DNA of 64,000 nucleotides from the human T2T-CHM13v2.0 reference genome, Homo sapiens: assembly GCF_009914755.1 (NCBI RefSeq), contig NC_060934.1; one strand, 5' to 3'. The translations under genes and the position numbers were made by a program. The notes beneath the pieces were generated by a model. The model was not told the origin of the DNA, ran no database searches, and saw only the letters and a program-made list of their open reading frames with translations. Shown piece by piece: positions 16,616 through 28,950 of the stretch; position 1 is the first letter of the stretch; every line of letters starts with the position of its first letter.

Positions 16616-18462
16616 AGTCTGAAAATTGATAGATAAGGATATGCCCTGCCAAATTCATGGCATTGTAAAATTTTCTTCCAGGAAGTAATGTCATCATTCT
16701 GTCACCACCTTTTTATTTTGTAGTTAAGGAAACAGAGCTCGTAGGCATTTTTGGGACTTCCAAAGTTTCTATTTCCTTCTTTCTAATAAATGGATATTTT
16801 GAAATAATTATATGATAAATTTGATCACCTCTACAAGCTAAGAATAATCAATCTAATTTAAATATTCTGCAGTGATATTGTAAAAACATATTTGTTGAAT
16901 GAAATTAATAGTTATGTATCAGGATCGATCAACGTTAATAAATCAAGGCAAAAAATATTTGTCAGGTTTCTTTGGAATAAAGTACATATAAATCGAAACA
17001 CTGTTCATTTATTAGAAAGACCTATTTGCATTATATTATTGACTGAGTTTTGTTGGTTTCATAACTTCTTCCTTATTCCATTCACTCTTGGTTTGAAAAA
17101 TTATTTCTTACTCCAATCAGAGAGCATTTTGATTTGTATCTGTCCCAGCACCTGCCACAGAGCCTGACACATAGCAGGTGCCAAATAAATATTTATTGAC
17201 ATCTAGACCAATTATATATATTACAAAATTATTAAAGTATTATTTGTTATTTTTCATGGGATATTTAACATTATTTGTTACTATAAAGGGTTTTTTATAC
17301 AAATTTATTGTTTATTTGCTGTAAGAAAATAAACTAGAAAATGTTATAAAATATTATTCTGTTTCATAATTTATTAAATATATAACACAATTAGAAAATT
17401 ATGAAAATAAGTAATTAATAACCTTGCCAGAATGAGTTCATCTCACAAGGCATCATGCTTCTTTGTTTGAGATTTTTCACAGAAAAGTGGGGAATGAGTG
17501 AATCATAGACAAGTTGCAGCGTATTTTCCCAAACTTATCTTGTGGTTTTTAATTTTCAACAAAACTTTCTTCTCATGTCATTACCCTCCATCTTTATCAC
17601 CTACAATCCTACTGCCACATCAACCAAATGAACCTCCCTATCCTGTCTTCACTGTTTATCCATCTCGTACTCTGTCTTGAAGTTTCCAGTGAAGTCCTCC
17701 CTTCTCCAGGAAGCCTCTCCTCCACCTCTCAGCCTGCAGTGAACTCTTTGCCCTGGATTCTCACGGTAGCGATAACACTCATTGCACACTTAACCTCCCT
17801 TATGTTTTGCCATTATTGCCTACGTTTCTTGTGCATACATTCTAGTCAGATTGATTTCAAGAATTTCAAGAGTAAGAAAAACCACCACGTTATCTCAGAT
17901 CAACCCTGGGACTTGAGAATGTATGGGAAACTGGGGCTCACCAAGAGGGGGTAAACGAATGGCTCACATTCACAGGTTTGCATGGCAGGAATGAATATAT
18001 CTCTCATTCCTCAGTGTTTTTACTTTCTTTCTGTGTACCTAGAGAGTAGGGTCTTTGCATGTCTTTCTATCCACAACAAGGCTAAGTATGCTGCCTTACA
18101 TAGAATGCATTTGGGGTTCTTCATTACTGTTGTTTTGTTTTAAACTTGATGTAAAACATATAGTCTACTATAGGTTTTAAGAAATATTGGCTCAGTGCTT
18201 CGATATAGGAGCATTTGTGCTGGCATGCATTCATATTGTAAAGCAGCACTTGCTTTTTGGAGGCTATTTGGCAACAGTCTATTCCTGTGTTTGACAGGCC
18301 CGTCATAACTGACTCATTGGGCAAAACAAATTCTATGTTTAGACAAATAAAAAAGAGGGGAGAAGCTTAGAAAGTTGAATTAATTTACCCTTATCAAAAG
18401 CATAAGGACACATTATGTTTACTTATTCCTCCCTCACTACCCTACCTAGCAAAAGAAACCAG

Positions 18463-18519
18463 ATATACACACACACATATGCGCGTGTGTGCACACACAC
18501 ACACACACATACATACATA
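18463..18519. repeat. Mixed CA/TG/CG alternating purine-pyrimidine tract
   Basis: atatacacacacacatatgcgcgtgtgtgcacacac...catacata. Confidence 0.9.
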
Positions 18520-18520
18520 G

Positions 18521-18771
<251 letters not shown>

Positions 18772-19314
18772 TTAAAGTTGTTGGAGGTATGGCAGACTCA
18801 GCAGGAGTCTCATTTTCCCCTCACTGTCCTCACTTGGGTTCTCTGCCCATTGCTCAGTCATTATCATGCATCTCACATCACCTAGCCTCAAGGTCTTATC
18901 TCTCAGCCTCACAGTGATTGGTCCAGCAGGTAGTGGGGCTTCCCATGTCTTTTCCCATCATCCATAGGAAGAGCTGTAACTGCCCCAGTGGTAGTGGAAG
19001 ACTCCCGCTTAGACCAGGAAGTGATGGAGAAAGCAATTTTGGCGACTGATTCTTTCTTCCACGCTCTGCTCCCACAGCAGCCCTAGGGGATGCTGTGATT
19101 ACTTGGATCAATGTAATTATGACTCGTGCATCCCTCTTTCTTAGGACAAAGTTTGTAAGTCTCTGACCTTTCCTATTCTCTGGGTTACAGACTAATAGCA
19201 AGAAAAGTGACAATGATGATAATTAACATTTGTTAGAACTTACTAGGTGCTAGATAATAAGCACATGTTTTACATGTAACTCATTAATCTTCGTAGTTCC
19301 ATGAGGTAAATAGA

Positions 19315-20522
19315 CAGTCATGTGCTTCCCATCAATGTTTTGGTGGAAGACAGACTGCATAAATAAAAGTGGTCTCATAATATTATAATGCAGCTGAAAA
19401 CTTCCTATGGCTTAGGGACACTGTAGCTATCCTAATGTCATTGTGAAACACATTACTCACATGTTTGTGGTGATGCTGGTGTAAACAAGCCTATTGTGCT
19501 GACAGTAATGTAAAAATACAGCACATATAGCATATCTATGTATAATACATAATACTTGCTAGTGATAACAAACAATGTTATTACTGGTTTATGCATTTAC
19601 CATACTATTTATTATTATTATAGAGTGTACTCTTTCTACTTAAAAAACGTTAACTATAAAACAGCCTCAGGCATATATTTCAGGGAGTATTCCAGGAGAA
19701 GGCACTGTTTATGCAGGAGATGACACTTCTATACATATTATTACCCCCAAGGACCTTCCAGGTGGGACAGGATGTGGAGGTGGAAGACAGTGAAATTGGT
19801 GATTCTGACCCTGTATTGGCCTAGATCAATATGTGTGTTTGTGTCTTAATTTTCAACAAAAGCAATTCAAAAGTAAAAAATTTAAAAATGAAAAATTTTA
19901 AAAAGAAAAAAAAAGCTTGTAGAATAAGGATATAATAAAAGAAAACATTTTTGGACAGTCGTACAATGTATTTGTGTTTTAAAGCTAAGTGTTATTGCAA
20001 AGGAGACAAAAATTTAGAAATCAAACATTTATATAGTAAATCATTACAGTGAGCTAAGGTTAATTTATTAATGAGGAAAGAAAAATATTTTTGAATAACG
20101 TAGTCTGGGTATACAGTGTTTATAAGGGCTACAGTAGTGTACATTAATGTCTTAGGCCATTGCTCACCACCCACTCATGGACTCACCCAGTGCAACTTCC
20201 AATTCCGCAACCTCCTTTCATGGTCACTGCCCTATATAGGTGTACTATTTCTTATATACTATACTTTTACTGTACCTTTCCTATGTTCAGACACATGAAT
20301 ACTTTCATTGTGTTACAATTGCGTATAGCATTCGGTCCAATAACATGCTGTGCGATATTGTAGCCTAGGAGCAACAGACTATTCATTCCATATAACCTGG
20401 ATGTGTAGGAGGCTCTACCATCTAGGTTTGTGTAAGTACACCCAAGGATGTTTGTCAACAACGAAATCACCTATCGATGCATATCTCAGAATGTATTCCC
20501 ATCAAGAAGTGACATATGACTC
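19315..20522. mobile_element. Tigger3b (Golem/MER7)-type non-autonomous DNA transposon inserted in a MIR
   Basis: Starts cagtcatgtgc, ends gacatatgact; about 1.2 kb; MIR-like halves at ~19215-19312 and ~20523-20650. Confidence 0.8.
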
Positions 20523-21954
20523 TGTTATTCCCATTTCTCAGTTAATGACTTTGAGGCCCTCAGTAGTTGAGCAATTTACCCAAATTCACAGCTTAAAAGT
20601 GGTGAAGGCAGCATTCAAACTCTATCTGCCTCTAGAATTTGTATTCTGAACTATGAGTTCCAGTGGCCTCTCATAATGTACATTCCATAGTAATAATAAC
20701 AAACAATCAATGACACTATAGATACCCATTGGTAAGTCCCATGCTTTGAGTAGTTTTTCAATGAGTTGAATGGGTTGCACTGAATTAAATTATTTGCTCT
20801 CTCCCCTGGTTCCTCTAAATAGGAGCACCCTTGCGGGGCTGGCTAAATGGAACTGGAAATGTAATCTGTAGTTAGGAAACATTAGGGGGTTCTTGTTTGT
20901 TGTTAAATCTAAGATAACTATTTATTAATAGCCTTTTGGGGATGTTTGAATGTTTATAAAGTATTATTACAATCAGAGTCCACTTCAAAGTATAATCGAG
21001 AGTTCAAATGATTTCCTTCTTCCTTAACCTTATAATACAAAAGGGAATTCACTCCATTTCTGCAAGTAGAAAATCTGAAATTTAGTTATAGGAAAGAAGA
21101 ACATGAAAGTGCAAATGTGTTTTTTTTTTTTCCTTTCCCTTTGAAATCCATCACCTTCCTTTACCATGGAGACAAAAGATTATTATAATTTTTTTCTAAG
21201 ATTATTAGAATTTATTTCATGTGCAATACTTCCTGGCTTTAATATCTCATAAATTTGAAATGTTCTGAATTTCTATGGCTTAGTTGTTCTTCAGGAAGTA
21301 TTTATCTTTCTGTTTGTTTGTTTTTCTTAGCACATTTAGAAAAAGAAAATATTTGTACTCTCATTTGTCATGTAACAGTTCCCAAGCATTCCAATTTATT
21401 CTTCAGAATCTATTAGTGTGGAGTTGAAAGCCTTATCATTTTAGGGACATTTTTAAGCTTTCCTATTTTTCTCTCCTGGCACTTTCTAAAACTTCTAGAG
21501 TTAACTTTAACATTGCATTTCTGAAATTTAATGAAAACCATTTTGTCTTGGATATTACCACAAGAAACACATTTAGTGACCAATGTACATGTTTTCACCC
21601 CCACTACCTCATTAATCTAGAATAATCAGGGAAGAAATAATCTGAATAAGAAATTTTCCAGAAATTAGGAATTTGCAAATTTAAATATTCAAAATGTGGA
21701 AAATATATATGGTTGACAAATATTTTCTTGCTTTAAAAAGAATATGTGAAGCACAACCTAACCACGTTTGTTATTTTTGTTTCAGTAGGAGTATAAATTA
21801 TTATGGAGTACTGCAATAATACAACAGCTATTTTCTCACTGGTAAAACTCCTTCTCACCTTAAATTCAACAAGTTTATTCAACACATGTCTTTAATGAAT
21901 GCCTATTATATTTGACACTCTGCCAAGTGAATGACGACTTATGAAAACAGCACT

Positions 21955-22390
21955 CATATAAAAACATGGACCATCACCAGTACCCCTAAAACCTCCCCCA
22001 ATGGCTTCTCCCAATCATCAACCCCACCGCCTTCCCATTGCTATCTACTCTTTGACTTCCTACATCATATGTTAGTTACTGTCCTTTGTAAATGAAATAA
22101 TATGTATTCTTTTGTATCTTGCTTTTTGTTTAACATTATATTTGTGAAATTCATTCATCTTGTGGCATTTTGCAGCAGTTTTCATTGTGAATGAATATGC
22201 CAAAAATTACTTATCCATTCTATTTGTTCATGGGCATTTTGGCCTGTTTCTAATTTGAAGTTATAGAAAGAGTGCTGTTTTAAATATTCTTGGACTTGCC
22301 TTGTGGTAAACATATGTATGCATTTTTTGCTAGATATTTATCTAAGAAAAGAAGTGCTACGTTTTCAGATGAACGTATGCTTAGCTTTAA
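21955..22390 (-). mobile_element. Old L1ME-like 3' fragment
   Basis: taacattatatttgtgaaattcattcat...ttatccattcta...gggcatttt motifs. Confidence 0.6.
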
Positions 22391-22619
22391 TACAAAAGGG
22401 TCACATCATGTAGTCTCAAACACCTTTATAGAAATCTCACATGATACTTCTGAGTATGTGTATCTCATTGTCCATAACCCAGCTGAAGGCCACATACCTA
22501 GCTTCAAGAAAGGGAAGGCAGCAATGGATTTTGGCTGGATCCATTCCCATCCTTAATAAAATCTGAATTCTGACACCAAGAAAGAAAGGGAGTATTGGTA
22601 ATGCATGAAAAGCACAGGT

Positions 22620-23325
22620 CTCTGCCACACTAACTCTCCGTCAGCCCTTGCCATCTCAGGAAACAGAACTCTTGTCCACTTTGTGTTCCAGTAAAATATC
22701 CCAGGATCATTCTTCTCTCCTCCTACCCCCTTCCAGTCTATCAGCAAGTCTTCTTAGTTCTATTTCCCAAATACATCTTGACTGTATCATCTTCTCTCCT
22801 CCTCTGCTATCCCCTTAACATAAGCCACATCATCTCTTAGATAGACGCACTATTGCAGCTGCTTCCTGTTGGAGCTCTTTTGATCCAGTTTTGCTCCCCC
22901 ACCATCCTTATAGCAATCAGTGTGGTTTGGTTTGGTTTTGCCTTCCTGTTTGGGGGGTTTATTTCCTTCCAATAACGCGACATTAGTTCCCTATCTAAAA
23001 GCTTTCAATGGCTTCCTTTTGTACTTAACAGTAAAAATTCAACTTCCTAACACTGGCCCTCGTGAACATCTACATGTTCATTCCATTCTCATCCTCTGCT
23101 TCAGCTACAAAAGCTTCACATACATCAAATTCTTTCCCACTTCGTGATCTTTGCCCCAGAACATACTGCTTCCAAGTTTTATGGTTTTGTTTGCTCATTT
23201 TGTTTGCAGTTTGTCTCCCACCATGGGAACGTAGGCATTGTGAATGTAGGGCTTGTCTGAGCTCTGTACCCAAAGGGACCAGCCTAAACCCTTGTGGTGG
23301 TGAACAATGTTGAATGAACAAATGC
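22620..23325 (+). mobile_element. L2 3' fragment
   Basis: Pyrimidine-rich body ending aatgttgaatgaacaaatg. Confidence 0.6.
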
Positions 23326-23721
23326 ATCTCTTATTTGTGAACCTATGAACAATTTTGATTTCTTATTATGGCTTATACTCTATTCTAAATATTCTCAATA
23401 TTCTTTAGCAAACATGGATTGCTCTTGAATGTTAAAAAGGTTTAATTTAGTGACTACGTTAAATAATTTGCCGTGTATAATTTTTAAGTCTGAAGTTAAT
23501 TAATTAGTAATGTCAACTAATATTTTGCAGCAGCACCTAGAATACTTAATATATAGTGTAGGAACATCAGGTAACAAACAAATCAACCCACATTATAACT
23601 TCGAGGAACTTGTGATTCTGAAATGAGAGCTAAGAAATAAACATAGCTATCTATATTCTAATCCAGACTTTTTAAGTTCTAGAAAAGGTACATAAGTTAA
23701 ACGTGAGTGATTACTATATAA

Positions 23722-24027
23722 TTTTTTCTCATTAAATGTTGTTATAATGGGTCTCAAAATTCTGTGGCAGATTTTTGATCAAGTTGTTTCCATTAAAAAT
23801 TACTCACTTTAAAAGCTAATAACTTAAAACTGCCCCATGCAGAAAAGGCCAAAATAGTCCACAAAACATTCTTCTTTTCTTCTAAAGGTTTTATGGTGCG
23901 TTGTTATCATTACCCAGTTTTTTACTATTAAACTTAAATGGCCAATTGAAACAAAGAGTTCTGAGACTATTCTTGTACCACTTATTAAGACTGTGATGGC
24001 AGGTGTTACGGATAATTTCATTTAGCC
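23722..24027 (-). pseudogene. Processed retrocopy fragment of EEF1A1: last two codons, stop codon, 3'UTR and short poly(A) remnant
   Basis: The reverse complement reads GCT AAA TGA aattatccgtaacacctgcc...gtttcaattggccatttaagtttaatagtaaaa...aatggaaacaacttgatcaaaaatctgccacagaattttgagacccatta...aatgagaaaaaa, which I recognise as a diverged EEF1A1 C-terminus and 3'UTR. Confidence 0.88.
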
Positions 24028-24030
24028 ACA

Positions 24031-24150
24031 CAATATGGTTTGGATTTGTGTCCCTGCCCAAATCTCCTGTGGAATTGGAGGAGGGGCCTGGTGGGAGGTG
24101 ACTGGATCATGGAGGTGGATTTCCTCCTTGCCGTTCTTGTGCTAGTGAGC
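24031..24150 (+). mobile_element. MST/THE1 LTR 5' fragment (truncated)
   Basis: atatggtttggatttgtgtccc...caaatctc...ggggcctggtgggaggtgactggatcatgg...tagtgag. Confidence 0.8.
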
Positions 24151-24867
24151 GTCCCTTGTGCAGCTGTTATGTAAAGTAACATAACAATTCCATTCAGGTA
24201 TTGGAATGTTAATACCATTCAGGTATTCAAGGCGATACCATTCAGTACATAGGAATAAGCAAAGATTTCCTGATGAAGATGCCAAAAATTATCTCAGCAA
24301 AAGCAAAAATTCAAATTGTTGCTTGATCTTACAGCAAATATTTCTCCATCTTATTTCATGTTTTGTCATTATTTACCCTAAAAGCAAATCTAACATAAAA
24401 ATAAGAAAAGAATTAAAAAAAAAAACATAAAAACAAATAACAAAGAAAAACACCACTCTCTGAAGCAAGTTCCCAAGTATGCCTGCAATTGCTGTCTAGA
24501 TACTAGGAAGGTATTTTCCAGCACTTGGTCTGACTCCGCAATGCTGTTCAGCTTACTTCAGGGAAAATGAGCAGCTTATTTGATATATGCTGGATTAATC
24601 TGCCTTTTCTACAGGATAACATCCTCAGGGAAAGGCACCATTCAGAAATCAAAGCTGAAAAACTTTAAGACTTCCAAAGAACACTAGAGATACGGTATAA
24701 CTGAAGTTAAAAAGAAACATTTAATAGCCTTAGTTTATCTTAAAAAATAAATGCCTCATGACATTGAAAGATGTTTAGTAAGCTGTTTATTGAAAAGAAC
24801 CAAGATAAATATTATGTATAGTGTGACAAAGTCTATAAATGTTATGGTGCTATTTAAAATTACTTTG

Positions 24868-26892
24868 ATAGGCATCCAAATGGGAAAAGAGGAAGACAAA
24901 CTATCTGTGTTTGCAGAGGACCTAATTCTATATCTGGAAAACCCCATAGTATCTGTCTAAAAGCTCCTTTAGCTGATAAACAACTTCAGCAAAGTTTCAG
25001 AATACAAAATCAATGTACAAAAATCAATAAAATTCCAATACACCAACATCCAAGCCCAGAGGCAAATCAGGAATGAAATCTCATTCACAGTTGCTACAAA
25101 AAGAATAAAATACCTAGGAATACAGCTAACCAGGGAAGTGAAACATCCCTAAAATGAAAAATATACAACACTGCTCAAAGAAAACAGAGATGACACAAAC
25201 AAATGCTCATGGGTAGGAAGAATCAATAATGTTAAAAATGGCCATATTGTCCAAGGGAATGAAGAGATTCAATGCTACTCCCATCAGACTACCAATGGCA
25301 TTTCTTCTCAAAACAAGAAAAAACTATTTAAAAATTCATATGAAACCAAAAATTCATATGAAAAAACTATTTAAAAATTCATATGAGCCTGAATAGCCAA
25401 GACAATACTAAGCAAAATGAACAAAGCTGGAGGCATTACATTACCTGACTTCAAACTGTACTACAGGGCTACAGTAACCAAAACATCATGGTACTGGGAG
25501 AAAAACAGACACATTGACCAATGGAACAGAAGAGATGGCCCAGAAATAAAACTGCACACCTATGACCATCTGATCTTTGACAAAACTGACAAAAACAAGC
25601 AATGGGAAAATGAATTCCTATTTAACAAATGGTGCTGGGGATAATTGGCTAGCCAGATGCAGAAGACTGAAACTGGACCCCTTTATTATACCATATACAA
25701 AAGTCAACTCAAGATAGATTAAAGACTTAAGTGTGAAACCCAAAACTATAAAAACCCCTTGTAAATAGCCTAGGCAATACCATTCAGGATGTAGGAATGA
25801 GCAAAGATTTCCTGACGAAGATGCCAAAAACGATTGCAACAAAAGCAAAAAATGACTAATGGAATCTAATTAAACCAAAGAGCTTCCACACAGCAAAAGA
25901 AACTACCAACAGAGTAAACAGGAAGCCTACAGAATGGTAAACAAATTTTTGCAAACTGTGCTTCTGACAAAGGTCTAATATCCCGAATCTACAAGGAACT
26001 TACACAAATTTACAAGCAAAAGCAACCCCATTAAAATGTGGGCAAAGAACATGAACAGACACTTCTCAAAAGAAGACATACAAATGGCCAATAAGCATAT
26101 AAAAGGAAAGCTCATTATCACTGATCATCAGAGAAATACAAATCAAACCACAATGAGATACTGTCTTACATCAGTCAGAGTGGCTATTATTAAAAAGTCA
26201 AAGATGCTGGTGAGGTTGTGGACGAAAGGAAACCCTTATACATTGTTTGTGAACGTATAAATTCATTCAGCCATTGTGGACAGCAGTGTGGAGATTCCTC
26301 AAAGAGCTAGAAACAGAATTACCATATTACCTGGCAATTCCATTACTGGGTGTATAACCAAAGGAATATAAATTGTTCTACCATAAAGACACATGCACTT
26401 GTATGTTCAATGCAGTGCTATTCACAATAGCAAAGACATGGAATAAATCTAAGTTTCCATCAATGGTAGACTGGAAAAAGAAAACATAGTACATATACAC
26501 AATGGAATGCTATGCAGCGATAAAAAGGAATGAGATCATGTCCTTTGCAGTAACATGGATGGAGCTGGAGGCCATTATCCTTAGCAAACTAATGCAAGAA
26601 TAGAAAAGCAAATACTGTACATCCTCACTTACAAGTGGGAGCTAAATAATGAGAACACGTGGACACATAGAGGGGAACAACACACACTGGGTCCTACTTG
26701 AGGGAGGAGGGTGAGAGGAAGGAAAGGACCTGAAAAAAGTAACCATCCAGTACTATGCTTAGTACCTAGGTGACAAAATAATATGTATACCAAACCCCCA
26801 TAACACCAATTTACCTATGTTACGCACCTGCACATGTACCTCTGAACCTAAAATAAAAGTTAAATAAATACATAAAATAAAGAAAATAAAAA
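24868..26892 (+). mobile_element. 5'-truncated L1 (old L1PA/L1PB type): ORF2 from the RT region to the 3'UTR and A-rich tail; inactivated
   Basis: Translations [25 protein letters not shown] (RT FADD motif mutated) and [22 protein letters not shown]; 3'UTR cacctgcacatgtacc...aaataaaagtt. Confidence 0.92.
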
Positions 26893-27299
26893 TATGTTGA
26901 CTCCTTTTGCTCTTATTTTCCTATTTACTTCTTGAGAAGTATTTGTAGTTATAGTTTTATTAATAAGAGGCATCCTCAGAATTCTACACATGAACTACTT
27001 AATAAATGATAGTTACCATTTATTGTGCAAACACAGTAATGTGCAAAGAAATCTAGTCACATTTTTCCTATATCCTTTATAAAGCCTGATCCTGCCTCAG
27101 TTCACCTTGGGTATTTAGTACATATTTGTTTATTTTACTACATTGTTGGGAAAACATTGTATTGAGAACTATAAATGAAACACTAATTCTCAATTCAATC
27201 ACTTATTAACACTTATTAAATGGAATACCTTGGACTGGTTTTTCATAGATTATGTAACTGCTAAAGTTCCCCCTGGCTCTAAGTACTTTAGTTTTAGTA

Positions 27300-27395
27300 T
27301 TGTCTCTCCTTCTCTTTCCTTCCCTTCCCTCCCTCCCTCCCTTCCTTCCTTTTCTTTCCTTTCTTTTTCTTTTTTTCTCTTTCCTTCCTTTCTAC
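27300..27395. repeat. CT-rich low-complexity tract
   Basis: Mixture of (CCTT), (CCCT) and (TTTC) units. Confidence 0.85.
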
Positions 27396-28719
27396 GTCTA
27401 TATAGCATACATTCCCCTTCTTAGACCATAGTCATCCACTTAACCATTATTTGTTGAAGGCTTACCACCCAGTCTTCCAGTGTAATTCAGCAATATCAAA
27501 AAAGTCTTTGCCTTCTCATGGATTTAGGGTTTGTAGTTCCTTGAGATAAGACTCAGTCTGATCCATTCTTACATTTTTCCATGGTGTCTGGAAGAGGGCA
27601 TTTGCCTTTTAGACAAAAAAAAAACCAACAAAAAAAACCCTGAATTAATGAAGTGAACTTTTCACTACTTCAGATTTTAAAATGCAGTCCTGTTTTTGAT
27701 AAATTATACTTAAAGGAACACCAGGTGGCCTCAGAGAGATTGAACCAAGGAGACAAAATGTAGATAATTATAGGCAGTTACCTTTTTCTAAATGTGTTCA
27801 TCTTCCATAGAAGTTTAATTTTCACAAATTATACATCTATGTCCTTTAAATGACCTTCAGAATTCTGATTTCAGACTTTCATAAGCAGCGGACGCACATT
27901 TTAAGCTATCACAAAAAAGAACTCTTCTTTGGCTATTCCCTTTTAATGACATTACCATTTATGTGCACCAGAGTTTTTATACTTATTTTAATCTTATTGC
28001 ATTTTGTCCTTATTGCTTGACAAAAAATATGAAAACTGAAAAACAAAACATGCTGACTTGGCTGACAAGAACTATAGCTCTCATAAACCTAATACATTTT
28101 AAATAGCAGTGGAAAATTTTTAAAGTTTTAAATATATATATATATATCTTAACCAGATTCTGATTAGATTTAAGTAGGTCTACCCTGTATTTGGTTGTTA
28201 AATTAAAACAAAAAAAAAACCAACTTTAATATGTATAAAATGTTGGAATTTTATCATGGAAGATTAAATGTAACAAAAAGAGGTTGCCTTTTTTTTATTT
28301 TTTCTTTAAACTCTCTGGGAAGAGAAACTCTTCCCATATTTGACTATTATCTGATTAATGTGAATGAGACTTTCACACACATTTTCAAAAATGCATTTGA
28401 TATGAAAGTAGATCTATCCAACAGGGGTCTCTGGTAGCCAATTAGTGGTGGTATGCTCTGTTTTATTTCTCTCTTTGTTTTTCTTTTCTTCTATCTCCTT
28501 GTTTTTCTGCGTTTTCTCTACTTATGCGTTAGGCTTGCTAGTGACACCTAGAGGTATCTGCAGGCATGACATACCACAGGTTAGAAGAGTTGGTTGATCT
28601 CTACTATGAATTTTAAATAATGAGAGGTTTTGGAACCTATATGTTCTCTTTTGTCCCATTTTTACAAATGCTACAGAGAGTTTGAAGACATTTGATAATT
28701 TTTAAAATGCTTGGCTCAT

Positions 28720-28950
28720 TCAGCATGGCATAGTGGAAAATGTGTGTGTGTGTTTGCACTGGATTAAAAACGTGGCTCTGTCATTGATCAGCTGCATAAC
28801 TTTGAGCAACATATTCACTTAAAAAGTTGGGTTCCACATTTATAAATTGTGTATTAAGATACTGATCACTTAAAATTTTTGTGAGAATCAGATATATGTA
28901 TATGAAGCACCTGAAATATAGTAGATGCTAAATAAATGGGTTATTATCAT
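28720..28950 (+). mobile_element. MIR
   Basis: cagcatggcatagtggaaa...aactttgagcaa...gtgagaat...atgctaaataaatg. Confidence 0.65.

Noticed and set aside
24868-26260. Reverse-transcriptase-like ORFs as a novel RT system
   Set aside because: Fragments of a 5'-truncated L1 ORF2 with the FADD motif mutated to FAED.
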